From Chlorobiaceae bacterium (GTDB lineage: Bacteria > Bacteroidota > Ignavibacteria > Ignavibacteriales > Ignavibacteriaceae): a DNA stretch of 64,000 nt. Shown one piece after another: positions 36,479 to 47,383 of this stretch. The notes under the pieces were generated by a model, which did not search any database, was not told the DNA's origin, and worked only from the letters and a program-made list of their open reading frames with translations. The stretch covers positions 1,301 through 65,300 of the forward strand of contig PNNF01000011.1 in assembly GCA_013824085.1 (NCBI GenBank), given 5' to 3'. The stretch's first letter is position 1, and every line of letters begins with the position of its first letter. A program made the translations under genes and the position numbers.

Positions 36479-38459
36479 TCGATTCTCTTTTACAATAATT
36501 TTTTTCACTTTAATATTTTTCTTTTTAGTCTATAAACTTTACACTATACAAATATTAAAAAGTGAAGAACTAACATTCTATGCAGAGAGACAGCAAACAA
36601 GGAATAAAGAAATTTCTCCCGTGCGCGGATTAATTTATGATAGGAATGGGCTCCTCTTAGTTTACAATAGAATAGAATATTCTTTCTCTGTTGATATGCG
36701 AATGGCAAGAAAAAAAGAGCAAGATTCGATTTCAAAAATTTTTTCAAAAACTTTTAATAAACCAGCTCAACATTATTTGAACTTAATGAGAAATTCAAAA
36801 CGGATTGTTTTTCTTGAGAGAAATGTTTATGGTGAAGCCGTAAGTAAATTAAAAAAACTTTCCCTCCCTGGCTTTGCTTACGAAGAAATTCCTTCTCGTG
36901 TTTATCAATATGATGATTTGGCGGGACATCTCTTGGGCTACACGAACTCTGCAAACATTGGTATAGATGGAGTTGAGAGAACATTTAACAAAGAGTTAGC
37001 AGGTACAAAAGGGAATAGAAAAATTGTTCGCGACGCAATAGGAAATATGATAACAGTTGAGAATAATGAATATGAACCTTCAATTTCCGGAAATAATATT
37101 TTATTGACGATTCAAAAAAATGTTCAATCATTTTTGCAAACGTCACTTGATTCAGGTTTAGCAACGTTTGGCGCAACTAGTGCAACTGGCGTTGTTATGG
37201 ATCCAAATACTGGTGAGATTATAGCTTTAGCAAATGTGGAAGATTATAATCCCAACGAATATTCAGATTATACTAATGAACAAAGGAGAAATCGATCTAT
37301 CACTGATACTTATGAGCCCGGATCAACATTTAAAAGTTTTGCAATGGCAGCTTTTCTTGACAATAAAATTTGCAGAGCAGACGAATTGATTTACGGCGAA
37401 AATGGAAGATATCGATTTAAGAGAATTACAATTAGCGATGTTCATCCTGAAGAATGGATGACTGTGAAAGAAGTTTTTGCAAAGTCAAGCAACATCGGAA
37501 TGTCAAAATTATCGCAACGAATTTCTGATGAAGATTTTTTTACATACTTAAGAGGATTTGGTTTCGGCAATGCAACTAATATTTCATTACCTGGTGAAGT
37601 GAACGGAAGTTTGAAAAAACCAAATAGCTGGTCGAGCTACACAAAATCCTCATTGTCATTTGGGTATGAAATCTCTGTTACGCCAATTCAATTAATTACA
37701 GCGTATTCATCATTAATCAATGGTGGTCTGCTTTTTGAACCTCAACTAATGAAAAAAATTACTGATGGTGGAGAAAGAATTGTTCAAGAGTTTAAACCAA
37801 AAAATATTCGCAGAGTTATTTCAGAAGAGACTTCAAAAAAGATGAGAGAATTTTTAGTAGCCGCAGTTGAAATCGGAAGTGGAAAAAAAGCAAAAATAAA
37901 TAATATCAGTATCGGTGGAAAAACAGGGACAAGCAGACAATTAATCGATGGAAAATATTCAACTGAATTTTACAACTCCTCATTCGTTGGTTTTTTCCCC
38001 GCAGAAAATCCATCATATGTGATTTTAATTTTAGTCAATGCACCAACCAAGAGCAGTATTTATGGTGGTGATGTAGCTGCACCAATATTTAGAGATATAG
38101 CAAAAAAAATTATTGAAAATGATCCTTCGTTAAAACATAAAATTTCAGATCCTGCTGAGAATGAAGAATTTATTTTTGCGAAAACTGTTGTTGATACATT
38201 AGATAGTAGAAGAATAAATGTTGTTGCTGATTACTCAACTGACATTGCAATGATTGATAACAATATCATTCCCGACTTAAGAGGAAGATCATTGCGAGAA
38301 GCAATTAACGTTGCATCTAAACTAAATCTTAAATATGAGATTATCGGTTCAGGAAGAATCGTTGATCAAAGTATTGCGTATGGAACAAAAGTTTCACCGG
38401 GACTAAAAATAAAATTATATGCAGAAACAAACTTAAACTTAGGAGCGACACTTTATTAA
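36468..38459 (+). CDS. ftsI: penicillin-binding protein (FtsI/PBP3-type transpeptidase) with C-terminal PASTA domain
   Basis: SxxK (GSTFKSF), SxN (KSSNIG) and KTG (GGKTGTS) motifs, an N-terminal TM anchor and a PASTA-like tail (IPDLRGRSLREAINVASKLNL). Confidence 0.92.
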   Translation: MSINRFSFTIIFFTLIFFFLVYKLYTIQILKSEELTFYAERQQTRNKEISPVRGLIYDRNGLLLVYNRIEYSFSVDMRMARKKEQDSISKIFSKTFNKPAQHYLNLMRNSKRIVFLERNVYGEAVSKLKKLSLPGFAYEEIPSRVYQYDDLAGHLLGYTNSANIGIDGVERTFNKELAGTKGNRKIVRDAIGNMITVENNEYEPSISGNNILLTIQKNVQSFLQTSLDSGLATFGATSATGVVMDPNTGEIIALANVEDYNPNEYSDYTNEQRRNRSITDTYEPGSTFKSFAMAAFLDNKICRADELIYGENGRYRFKRITISDVHPEEWMTVKEVFAKSSNIGMSKLSQRISDEDFFTYLRGFGFGNATNISLPGEVNGSLKKPNSWSSYTKSSLSFGYEISVTPIQLITAYSSLINGGLLFEPQLMKKITDGGERIVQEFKPKNIRRVISEETSKKMREFLVAAVEIGSGKKAKINNISIGGKTGTSRQLIDGKYSTEFYNSSFVGFFPAENPSYVILILVNAPTKSSIYGGDVAAPIFRDIAKKIIENDPSLKHKISDPAENEEFIFAKTVVDTLDSRRINVVADYSTDIAMIDNNIIPDLRGRSLREAINVASKLNLKYEIIGSGRIVDQSIAYGTKVSPGLKIKLYAETNLNLGATLY

Positions 38460-39934
38460 TGGAACTCACTCAATTATTAAATAGCGTTAAAACAATTTCA
38501 GTTACAAGTGAAATTCAGAGAAAAGATATTGCTGGAATTTATTACGATTCAAGAAAAGTGAAATCAAACTCGCTCTTCGTTGCGATAAAAGGATTTAATT
38601 CGGATGGACATAAATATATTCTTGAGGCTATAAATAAAGGTGCAATCGCTGTTGTGGTGCAAGATAACAAAGCAATTCCTGATGAAATTTTTATGCACGA
38701 AAAAGTTGCAAAAATTCTTGTGCAGGATTCGCGTCAAGCACTTGCGGAACTTTCTAACGCGTTTTATAAAGATCCATCAAGCAAATTAAAAGTCATCGGA
38801 ATTACTGGAACAAACGGAAAAACTACTACAACATATTTTGTTAAAACTATTCTTGAAACGAGTGGACATAAATCTGGATTGTTAGGCACAATCGCAAATT
38901 ATATTGGTGATGAAAAGATAGAATCATCAATGACAACGCCTGAGTCAAGTGATCTCTTTAAAATTTTATATGATATGCTTGAAGCTAAAACTGAATATTG
39001 TGTTATGGAAGCGTCTTCTCACTCGCTTGAATTAAAAAGAGTCTATGGATTAAATTTTATCACAGGAATTTTTACGAACATTACTTCAGATCATCTCGAC
39101 TTTCACGGCAATTGGGAAAATTATTTGAACGCTAAGAAAAAATTGTTCGACTCACTTTATAGCAATGCAATAACGATACTAAATGCTGATGATCCCAATG
39201 TTGCTGCTATTTCTGCTGACTGCAAAGCAAACAAAATATTTTATGGAAAAAATAAAATCTCAAAGTATAGAATTGCAGATATCAGTTACGATTTGAACGG
39301 AACTATTTTTAATCTTTTTGTGGATGATAAAAAATATTCTGTTTCGACAAGATTAATTGGAGAGTTTAACGCATACAATGCAACTGCTGCTATTGCAGCT
39401 TGTGTAGAAAATGGAATCTCAATCGAATCAGCAATTGAAGGTGTTAAAGCAACTGAGCACGTCCCAGGAAGATTTGAAGTTATTGGAAGCGGCGATAAAA
39501 AAGTTATTGTGGATTATGCTCACACTGCCGACAGTCTTGAAAAAGCTCTTCAAAATCTGCGAAAAATTGTTGGAGAAGAAAAACCAATTTGTACAGTCTT
39601 CGGGTGTGGCGGCAATCGCGACAAAACTAAACGTCCACTGATGGGAAAAATTGCAACTGAGCTGAGTGATATAGCAATAATTACAAATGATAATTCGCGA
39701 TTTGAAGATCCTTCAGAAATTATTGAAGACATCAAAAAAGGAATTTCAAAAAATAATTATAGAGTAATAATCGATAGAGAAGAAGCAATCAGAGAAGCAA
39801 TTCTGAATACCGACAATGGAACTGTTATTCTTGTGGCTGGCAAAGGGCATGAGAATTATCAATCAATAGCAGGAGTCAACAATTATTTTTCTGACAAAGA
39901 AGTAGCATCAAAATATTTAGGATCAATAGAATGA
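38459..39934 (+). CDS. murE: UDP-N-acetylmuramoyl-L-alanyl-D-glutamate--2,6-diaminopimelate ligase
   Basis: GITGTNGKTTT P-loop and Mur ligase middle and C-terminal domains. The specificity motif reads DNSR, against the canonical DNPR. It occupies the dcw position after ftsI. Confidence 0.9.
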   Translation: MELTQLLNSVKTISVTSEIQRKDIAGIYYDSRKVKSNSLFVAIKGFNSDGHKYILEAINKGAIAVVVQDNKAIPDEIFMHEKVAKILVQDSRQALAELSNAFYKDPSSKLKVIGITGTNGKTTTTYFVKTILETSGHKSGLLGTIANYIGDEKIESSMTTPESSDLFKILYDMLEAKTEYCVMEASSHSLELKRVYGLNFITGIFTNITSDHLDFHGNWENYLNAKKKLFDSLYSNAITILNADDPNVAAISADCKANKIFYGKNKISKYRIADISYDLNGTIFNLFVDDKKYSVSTRLIGEFNAYNATAAIAACVENGISIESAIEGVKATEHVPGRFEVIGSGDKKVIVDYAHTADSLEKALQNLRKIVGEEKPICTVFGCGGNRDKTKRPLMGKIATELSDIAIITNDNSRFEDPSEIIEDIKKGISKNNYRVIIDREEAIREAILNTDNGTVILVAGKGHENYQSIAGVNNYFSDKEVASKYLGSIE

Positions 39935-41322
39935 AAAAAATATTAATAACTCTTGAAGATCTTTTTAGTATTCCTACTGCAGAAGTTTTTAACTCTAGGA
40001 ACTACACTAATTTATCTCACGTCTCGATAGACTCAAGGACAATAAAATCTAATTCAATTTATTTTGCTCTAAAGGGAGAAAAATTAGATGGGCATTCATT
40101 TATTAATGATGCAGTAAACAAAGGGGCAAAAGCAGTTTTTCTAAATCAAGACAGAGCTGATGAATTTAAAAAATTAAAATGCACTGTTATAGCTGTTAAA
40201 AATACTACTACTGCGTTTGGCGCTCTCGCTCATATCTGGAGAAAAAAAATATCAGCAAAAGTAATTGGTATTACTGGTAGCAATGGCAAGACTACTACGA
40301 AAGATACTTGTGCTACAATTCTTGCAGAAAAATATAATGTCGTTAGCACTTATTCAAACAATAATAATCATATCGGAGTGCCACTAACAATTTTTGATGC
40401 GAATGAAAATACTGAAGCATTAGTTCTTGAATTGGGAACGAATCACTTCGGAGAAATTGAATATGCATCAGCTATCGCAAAACCTGATTACTCAATCGTA
40501 ACCAATATTGGTGCGTCTCATCTAGAATTTCTGATTGACTTAGACGGAGTGACGAGAGAAAAAGAACCGATTTATTTTCATACTCAAGAGAACAATGGTT
40601 TATGCTTGATAAATAATGATGATCCATACTTGAAACCATTTAAGCACAAGTTTAAAAACCATCTTACTTATGGATTCAAATCTAAAGTTGATGTTAAAGG
40701 TGTCATTGAAGGATTTGATAAAGAAGGAAGAACAAAACTAAATATTCAATATGATGAGAAAGAGTTAAAATTAGTTCTACCAATTTATGGAAAAAGTAAT
40801 GCTGAAAATATTTTAGCTAGTGTTTCATTAGCATATTCAATGGGCATGACAAATGCTGAAATAAAATCTGGTGTCAATAATATTAAAGCAGTGAAGCAAA
40901 GATTAAACGTCAGAAAGTATCAGTCCACAATGTTGATAGATGATACGTATAATGCGAATCCTGAATCTATGACTGCAGCATTCGATTTACTAAAAATAAT
41001 TACACTTCATAAAACTAAAATCGCTGTGATTGGCGATATGTTTGAACTTGGAAAAGATGAAAAAATAATTCATGCATCATTAAGTAAATCAATCAAAAAA
41101 AATAAAATCAATCGTGTTTTTATGGTTGGAAATTTGATGAAGAGTTTAGCCGAAAAACTTAAAGAAGAAAAAATACATTCAAACTATTTTTCAAGCAGAG
41201 AAGAATTGAAAGAAGTTTTATCGGGTTGGGATTTCAGCGATTCAGTTGTTTTGGTAAAAGGTTCGCGCGGAATGAAAATGGAAGAATTTGTAAAAGTAAT
41301 AGAGGATGATCTTAGAGGATAA
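39931..41322 (+). CDS. murF: UDP-N-acetylmuramoyl-tripeptide--D-alanyl-D-alanine ligase
   Basis: GITGSNGKTTTKD P-loop, DDTYNANPESM and GDMFELG. It occupies the dcw position. Confidence 0.92.
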   Translation: MKKILITLEDLFSIPTAEVFNSRNYTNLSHVSIDSRTIKSNSIYFALKGEKLDGHSFINDAVNKGAKAVFLNQDRADEFKKLKCTVIAVKNTTTAFGALAHIWRKKISAKVIGITGSNGKTTTKDTCATILAEKYNVVSTYSNNNNHIGVPLTIFDANENTEALVLELGTNHFGEIEYASAIAKPDYSIVTNIGASHLEFLIDLDGVTREKEPIYFHTQENNGLCLINNDDPYLKPFKHKFKNHLTYGFKSKVDVKGVIEGFDKEGRTKLNIQYDEKELKLVLPIYGKSNAENILASVSLAYSMGMTNAEIKSGVNNIKAVKQRLNVRKYQSTMLIDDTYNANPESMTAAFDLLKIITLHKTKIAVIGDMFELGKDEKIIHASLSKSIKKNKINRVFMVGNLMKSLAEKLKEEKIHSNYFSSREELKEVLSGWDFSDSVVLVKGSRGMKMEEFVKVIEDDLRG

Positions 41323-42432
41323 ATGCTTTACTATTTATTTGAGTATATAAATTTAGTTTTTGATCCGCCAGGATTTGATATCTTTAGGTTCTTAACCTTT
41401 AGATCTGCGCTTGCAGCCATTACTGGTCTGTTTTTATCGATGTACTTTGGTCCGAAAATAATAAAGTATCTTCAGAAAAAACAGATTGGAGAAGCAAAAA
41501 AAGCTGATGGGCCTAAGAGTCATTATTCAAAAGCTGGAACTCCAACTATGGGTGGATTAATTTTAATTCCATCTATTATTATTCCTGTTTTACTATGGGG
41601 CGACATAAAAAATATTTATATAATTCTTATTCTCGTTGGAACAAGTTGGTTGTGTGCAGTTGGGTTTCTTGATGATTACTTAAAAGTTGTAAAAAAATAT
41701 CCGAATGGTTTGATTGCTCGCTACAAATTGTTAGGGCAATTTATTATCGGATTGTTCATTGGTTCTGTAATTTATTTTTCTCCACAATTCGAAGGAATAG
41801 CAACGCTGACGACAGTTCCATTTGTGAAAAATTTTAATCTGGACCTCTCATACTTTTACATTCCTGTTGTGATTTTTATTATTACTGCTACTTCAAACGC
41901 AGTAAACTTAACTGATGGATTAGATGGCTTAGCAATTGGAAATGTAATTATTGTGATGCTTGCTTTGTCACTAATAAGTTACTTTACAGGAAACGTAATT
42001 ATTTCAGATTATCTCGACATAATTTATTTGCGAGATACAGGAGAATTGACAGTCTTCACCGCAGCCTTAATTGGTGCGGGTTTGGGATTCCTCTGGTATA
42101 ATTTTTATCCTGCACAAATTTTTATGGGTGATACCGGTTCACTTGCACTTGGAGGCGCAATTGGAATTATGTGTGTCCTCGTTAAAAAAGAATTTTTGCT
42201 TCCTGTGCTTGGCGGAATCTTTTTTCTTGAAACTGTTTCAGTAATTATTCAACGCTTGTATTTCAAATACACAAAAGCAAAATATGGTGAAGGCAAAAGA
42301 GTCTTTAAGATGGCTCCTATTCATCATCACTATGAATTGATTGGCTGGCCTGAACCTAAAATTGTAATTCGTTCTTATATCATTGCAATTATTCTTGTAA
42401 TCATTAGTCTTGCTTCGTTTAAGATGAGGTAA
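41323..42432 (+). CDS. mraY: phospho-N-acetylmuramoyl-pentapeptide transferase
   Basis: Polytopic protein with GTPTMGG, NAVNLTDGLDGLA, MGDTGSLALGG and APIHHHYE motifs. Confidence 0.95.
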   Translation: MLYYLFEYINLVFDPPGFDIFRFLTFRSALAAITGLFLSMYFGPKIIKYLQKKQIGEAKKADGPKSHYSKAGTPTMGGLILIPSIIIPVLLWGDIKNIYIILILVGTSWLCAVGFLDDYLKVVKKYPNGLIARYKLLGQFIIGLFIGSVIYFSPQFEGIATLTTVPFVKNFNLDLSYFYIPVVIFIITATSNAVNLTDGLDGLAIGNVIIVMLALSLISYFTGNVIISDYLDIIYLRDTGELTVFTAALIGAGLGFLWYNFYPAQIFMGDTGSLALGGAIGIMCVLVKKEFLLPVLGGIFFLETVSVIIQRLYFKYTKAKYGEGKRVFKMAPIHHHYELIGWPEPKIVIRSYIIAIILVIISLASFKMR

Positions 42433-42436
42433 TAAT

Positions 42437-43786
42437 ATGAATTTAACTAACAAAAAAATATCGATCATTGGTGCAAAGAGAAGCGGAATTGGTGCAGCTA
42501 AATTAGTTAAGCAACTCGGAGGAATTCCATTTGTAAGTGATTCAACTTCGGATGAAAAGATGAATCATTTTATTCAACAATTAGAAAATGAAAACATCCA
42601 ATATGAACTCGGAGTTCATTCAGAAAGAGTTTTTGATGCTGAGCTTTTTGTTGTTAGTCCGGGAGTTCCATCTGATGCAAAAGTAATTTTAGATGCAAAG
42701 AAAAAAGGTATTGAAGTTTTAAGTGAAGTTGAACTTGCATTTAATTTTTGTGCTGGAACAATAATTTCAATCACTGGAACAAATGGTAAGACTACAACCA
42801 CAGCCTTCTTAGGACACGTCTTGAATGAATGTGGATTAAAAAGTTTTGTTGCAGGAAATATCGGTCTTGCTTTTTCCGAAATAGTTCTTGACGTAAAAAA
42901 AGATGATTACGTTTCACTTGAAACATCAAGCTTTCAATTGGACTACATAAAAAATTTCAGAGCAAAAATTTCGATGATACTGAACATCACAATTGATCAC
43001 CTCGATCGATACGACAACAAATTTGAAAACTACGTGGCATCGAAATATCGAATTTTTGAAAACCAAACAGATAGCGATGCACTGATTATTAATGACGATA
43101 ATGAAGCTCTGTGTAATTATGAAATAAAAACAAAAGCGCCGATAAAAAAATTCTCCTTCACTAAAAAACTAGCTAATGGAGTTTTTGTTGAATCTAATTT
43201 TGCAATCTACTTTGAAAATGGAATTGAAAAATTCAGATTTAATTTGAATGATTTATTTATTCGTGGTGAGCACAATTGGCAAAATGCAATGGCAGTTATT
43301 ATTGCTGCAAAATTATTAGGCGTTAATAATGAGAAGCTTACAAAAGCTCTCTGCTCATTTAGAGGCGTCGAACATCGCTTAGAACTTGTAAAAGAAATCG
43401 ACGGAGTTAAATACATTAATGATTCTAAAGCGACTAATATCGATTCAGTAATCTACGCGCTAAAAAGTTTTGATAACCCAATAATATTAATTCTTGGTGG
43501 TAAAGATAAAGGAAATGATTACTCTCAAATAAATGATTTGATTTTATCTAAAGTGAAAAAAATATACGCACTTGGAAGTTCAAGAGAAAAAATATTTAAA
43601 TTTTTTCACAAAACTATGAAGGTTGAAATTAAAGAAACATTAAAAGAATGTGTGGACGCAGCAAGTAAAGAAGCGAGAAGCGGCGATATTGTTCTCCTTT
43701 CTCCGGCTTGTGCAAGTTGGGATCAATATGAAAATTTTGAACAGCGTGGAAATGAATTTAAAAAAATAGTGGAAACATTATTCTGA
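42437..43786 (+). CDS. murD: UDP-N-acetylmuramoylalanine--D-glutamate ligase
   Basis: N-terminal Rossmann fold (IIGAKRSGIGAA), ITGTNGKTTT and GVEHRLE. It occupies the dcw position. Confidence 0.92.
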   Translation: MNLTNKKISIIGAKRSGIGAAKLVKQLGGIPFVSDSTSDEKMNHFIQQLENENIQYELGVHSERVFDAELFVVSPGVPSDAKVILDAKKKGIEVLSEVELAFNFCAGTIISITGTNGKTTTTAFLGHVLNECGLKSFVAGNIGLAFSEIVLDVKKDDYVSLETSSFQLDYIKNFRAKISMILNITIDHLDRYDNKFENYVASKYRIFENQTDSDALIINDDNEALCNYEIKTKAPIKKFSFTKKLANGVFVESNFAIYFENGIEKFRFNLNDLFIRGEHNWQNAMAVIIAAKLLGVNNEKLTKALCSFRGVEHRLELVKEIDGVKYINDSKATNIDSVIYALKSFDNPIILILGGKDKGNDYSQINDLILSKVKKIYALGSSREKIFKFFHKTMKVEIKETLKECVDAASKEARSGDIVLLSPACASWDQYENFEQRGNEFKKIVETLF

Positions 43787-44904
43787 TGAAAAAGTTTTAT
43801 CCACTTGTAATTTTCTTCGGCGCAATAATTCTTATTTCGATGGGACTTTATTTAGTGATGAGTGCGAGTAGCACATACAGCAATGCATTATTTTCAGATC
43901 AATTTCATCTTTTTAGTAGTCACTTGGTAAGAGCTGGGGTTGGAGTAGCAGTTCTTATTGCATTTTCGATGATTCCATATCGAGTTTATAAAAATGGCAG
44001 TAAAATTATTTTAACTGCAGTTGTCCTTGTGTTATTTATTACTTTAATTGTTTCGCTCGAAGTTAAAGGTGCAAGAAGATGGTTGGATATTGGCATTGCA
44101 ACGTTTCAACCGACAGAGTTTGCAAAGTTATTTTTGTTTCTCCACATAGCATCAATGCTCGCTGATCCAGAAAAAGATATAAGAGATTTTAAAAAAGGTT
44201 TTCAGCAAGCTCTCTTTTGGATTGTCGTTACATCAGGTTTAGTTATTGCTCAACCGAATATTAGTAATGGAATTTTATTAATTTCTGTTTCGTTTTTAAT
44301 TTTATTTTTAGCTGGTGCAAAGTTCAAACATCTATTTTTGTCAGGGGCAGCTCTAACTTCAATAATGGTTCTTGTTATGGTATTTTTTTCTCATTCAAGA
44401 GCGAGACTACAATCCTATCTCGATGCAATTATGAATGATGGAGTTGCCAACAGTCAAGTGGCGCAAGCAATATTGGGGCTCGGAAGCGGGAACTGGTGGG
44501 GGGTTGGAATAGGAAACAGTAGCCAACGAAATCTTTTTTTACCAGAAGCTTATGGCGATTTTATTTTTGCAATTCTGGGAGAAGAGACAGGATTCATCGG
44601 TGCAATCTCTCTTTTATTTATTTACTTAGTAATTTTTATTGTTGGTTTAATAATCGCAAAAAATGCAAAAGATAGTTTTGGTGTTTATCTAAGCATTGGA
44701 ATTATTTGTGCGTTCATTACACAAGCATTTGTTAATGCGCTTGTTGCGATGGGAGCAATACCAACAACGGGCTTAACGCTTCCACTTGTGAGCTATGGTG
44801 GTTCGTCACTAATTGTATTTTGTATGTCACTTGGAATTTTGATTAATATCGGTCTCAATAATCTTAAAGAAACTGATGAATTGGAAGCGGTTCAAAAAAC
44901 ATGA
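43786..44904 (+). CDS. ftsW: SEDS-family peptidoglycan glycosyltransferase FtsW
   Basis: 10-TM SEDS pattern (QPTEFAKL..., LPEAYGDFIFA, PLVSYGGSS). It lies between murD and murG. Confidence 0.9.
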   Translation: MKKFYPLVIFFGAIILISMGLYLVMSASSTYSNALFSDQFHLFSSHLVRAGVGVAVLIAFSMIPYRVYKNGSKIILTAVVLVLFITLIVSLEVKGARRWLDIGIATFQPTEFAKLFLFLHIASMLADPEKDIRDFKKGFQQALFWIVVTSGLVIAQPNISNGILLISVSFLILFLAGAKFKHLFLSGAALTSIMVLVMVFFSHSRARLQSYLDAIMNDGVANSQVAQAILGLGSGNWWGVGIGNSSQRNLFLPEAYGDFIFAILGEETGFIGAISLLFIYLVIFIVGLIIAKNAKDSFGVYLSIGIICAFITQAFVNALVAMGAIPTTGLTLPLVSYGGSSLIVFCMSLGILINIGLNNLKETDELEAVQKT

Positions 44905-46004
44905 AAAATGAAAAAACATATCGCTTCTTGTTTGCTGGTGGTGGAACGGGTGGTCATTTGTTCCCCGCAATTGCAGTCGCTGAAAAAATTTTAGAGCTGA
45001 AACCTCAAGCAGAAATTTTGTTTGTAGGAACAAAAAATAAAATTGAAGGAACTGTTGTTCCTAAACTTGGATATAAATTTAAGTCGATTTGGATAAAAGG
45101 ATTTGCAAGAAAATTAACTTTTGAAAATTTATTATTTCCATTGAAATTAATTGTAAGTCTATTGCAGTCAATATTCATCAATGTAAAGTTCAACCCTAAA
45201 GTTGCAATTGGTTCGGGTGGATATGTTTCAGGTCCCGCAATCTGGGGAGCTTCAGTGCTTGGTGCAAAAATAATTTTGCTCGAACAAAATAGTTATCCCG
45301 GAATTACAACAAGACTACTAGAAAAATATGCGAACGAAATCCATCTAAGTTTTGATGATGCAAAAAAATATTTGCGAAAAAATGAATTGATTAGAGTGAG
45401 TGGAAATCCAATTAGAAGCAGCATAAAGTTGAAAGATAAAAGTGAAGCAATAAAATTTTTCGGATTGGACAGTTCAAAAAAAACTCTACTCGTGCTTGGC
45501 GGAAGTCTTGGAGCGAAAAGTCTAAATGAAGCAATTGCTTATTCATTATCAAAATTAAATGAAATGAACATTCAAGTCATTTGGCAGACGGGAAAAAATT
45601 ATATCAGCGAATACAAAAAATATTCGAGCGACAAAAATTATGTCGCAGCATTTATTGATGATATGTCAGCGGCATATTCTGCTTGCGATTTAATGCTGGC
45701 AAGAGCGGGTGCAACCACTATTGCAGAAATAACATCAATTGGAATAAGTGCCGTATTGGTTCCATCGCCTAATGTTACTGATAATCATCAATATCATAAC
45801 GCAAAAAGTTTAGAGGATCGCAACGCTGCAATAATGATTGAAGATAAAAAATTAAATGAAAGAATAATCTCTGTGGTGAGCGAAAATATTTTCGACATAA
45901 ATAAACTTTTAGAATTAAAAAACAACGCTAAGAGACTTGGTAAACCTGATGCTGCGGAAATAATAGCCAAAAGAGCAATAGAATTAGCAGAAGGAAAGGA
46001 ATAA
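44901..46004 (+). CDS. murG: undecaprenyldiphospho-muramoylpentapeptide beta-N-acetylglucosaminyltransferase
   Basis: FAGGGTGGHLFPAIAVA, GGSLGA and ARAGATTIAE motifs. Confidence 0.93.
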   Translation: MKNEKTYRFLFAGGGTGGHLFPAIAVAEKILELKPQAEILFVGTKNKIEGTVVPKLGYKFKSIWIKGFARKLTFENLLFPLKLIVSLLQSIFINVKFNPKVAIGSGGYVSGPAIWGASVLGAKIILLEQNSYPGITTRLLEKYANEIHLSFDDAKKYLRKNELIRVSGNPIRSSIKLKDKSEAIKFFGLDSSKKTLLVLGGSLGAKSLNEAIAYSLSKLNEMNIQVIWQTGKNYISEYKKYSSDKNYVAAFIDDMSAAYSACDLMLARAGATTIAEITSIGISAVLVPSPNVTDNHQYHNAKSLEDRNAAIMIEDKKLNERIISVVSENIFDINKLLELKNNAKRLGKPDAAEIIAKRAIELAEGKE

Positions 46005-46006
46005 TC

Positions 46007-47383
46007 ATGTTTAAGAATTTTAAAAAAATACATTTTGTTGGAATTGGTGGAATAGGAATGAGTAGCATTGCTGAAGTTTTACTGAGTCAAGGATTTAAAA
46101 TCTCTGGCTCTGATAAATCGTTGAGTGACGTTACAAAAAGATTGAGTGAAATAGGTGTTGAAGTCTTTGAAGGACACAGCGCCGAAAATATTAGAGAAGA
46201 TGTCGATGTTTTAGTTTACTCATCTGCAGTCGATACAGAGAACTCCGAGGTTAGAGCAGCAATGAATAAAAAAATTCCTGTTATAAAAAGATCTGAAATG
46301 CTTGCTGAATTAATGCGGATGAAATATGGAATTGGTATTGCAGGAACACATGGAAAAACTACAACTACTTCGATGGTTGGATTAGTATTAACCGAAGGAC
46401 AAATTGATCCGACAATTATTGTTGGAGGAAAATTAAGTGGACTCGGCGGAACAAATGCAAGATTAGGAAAAGGCGATTTCATTGTTGTTGAAGCTGATGA
46501 ATTTGATCGCACCTTCTTAAAACTTACCCCAACGATTGCAGCAATAACAACGCTCGAGAAAGAACATCTCGACACTTATAAAGATTTAGATGACATAAAA
46601 TCATGCTTCGTTGAATTCGCTAACAAAGTTCCATTTTTTGGTTTTGTAGTTATCTGTTTGGATGAACCTGCGTTGCAAGATATTCTTCCACAAATAAATA
46701 AAAAAATTATTACTTACGGAATCTCGCCTCAAGCTGATGTGCGGGCTGTGGATATTAAGCATAATGGATTCACATCAAAATTTACTGTGAGATATAGAGG
46801 AAATAATTTGGGAGGAATTCAATTAAAGATCCCCGGATTATACAATATTAAAAACTCACTCGTAGCAATCTGCATCGGAATAGAAATGGGAATCAGTTTC
46901 GATACAATAAAAAAATCATTAGAAAAATTTTCCGGTGTTTATAGAAGATTTGAAGTGAAGTATGATAAAGAGCTTTTGGTTGTTGATGATTATGCTCATC
47001 ATCCAACTGAAACTTCTGCTACATTAGAAGGCATTAGAAGTGGTTGGGATAGAAGACTCGTAGCAGTTTTTCAACCTCATTTATATTCAAGGACAAAAGA
47101 TTTTTATCAAGAATTTGGAAGATCTTTTCTCAACTCAGATTTATTTATTTGCACTGATGTCTATCCCGCAAGAGAAGAAGCAATTCCGGGCGTGACGGGA
47201 GAACTGATTGTAGAAACGGCAAAAAAAATTGGACATAAAAATGTTATCTATGTAAAAGATAAAAATGATTTACCACAAGTCTTAAATGAAGTAAAAAAAG
47301 AGAGCGATATAATTATAACTATGGGAGCTGGTGATATTTGGAAATATTGTGAAAAATTTGTTGAGTTGTTAAAGAAGAAATGA
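46007..47383 (+). CDS. murC: UDP-N-acetylmuramate--L-alanine ligase
   Basis: HFVGIGGIGMSSIAE, GIAGTHGKTTTTSM and DDYAHHPTE motifs. Confidence 0.93.
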   Translation: MFKNFKKIHFVGIGGIGMSSIAEVLLSQGFKISGSDKSLSDVTKRLSEIGVEVFEGHSAENIREDVDVLVYSSAVDTENSEVRAAMNKKIPVIKRSEMLAELMRMKYGIGIAGTHGKTTTTSMVGLVLTEGQIDPTIIVGGKLSGLGGTNARLGKGDFIVVEADEFDRTFLKLTPTIAAITTLEKEHLDTYKDLDDIKSCFVEFANKVPFFGFVVICLDEPALQDILPQINKKIITYGISPQADVRAVDIKHNGFTSKFTVRYRGNNLGGIQLKIPGLYNIKNSLVAICIGIEMGISFDTIKKSLEKFSGVYRRFEVKYDKELLVVDDYAHHPTETSATLEGIRSGWDRRLVAVFQPHLYSRTKDFYQEFGRSFLNSDLFICTDVYPAREEAIPGVTGELIVETAKKIGHKNVIYVKDKNDLPQVLNEVKKESDIIITMGAGDIWKYCEKFVELLKKK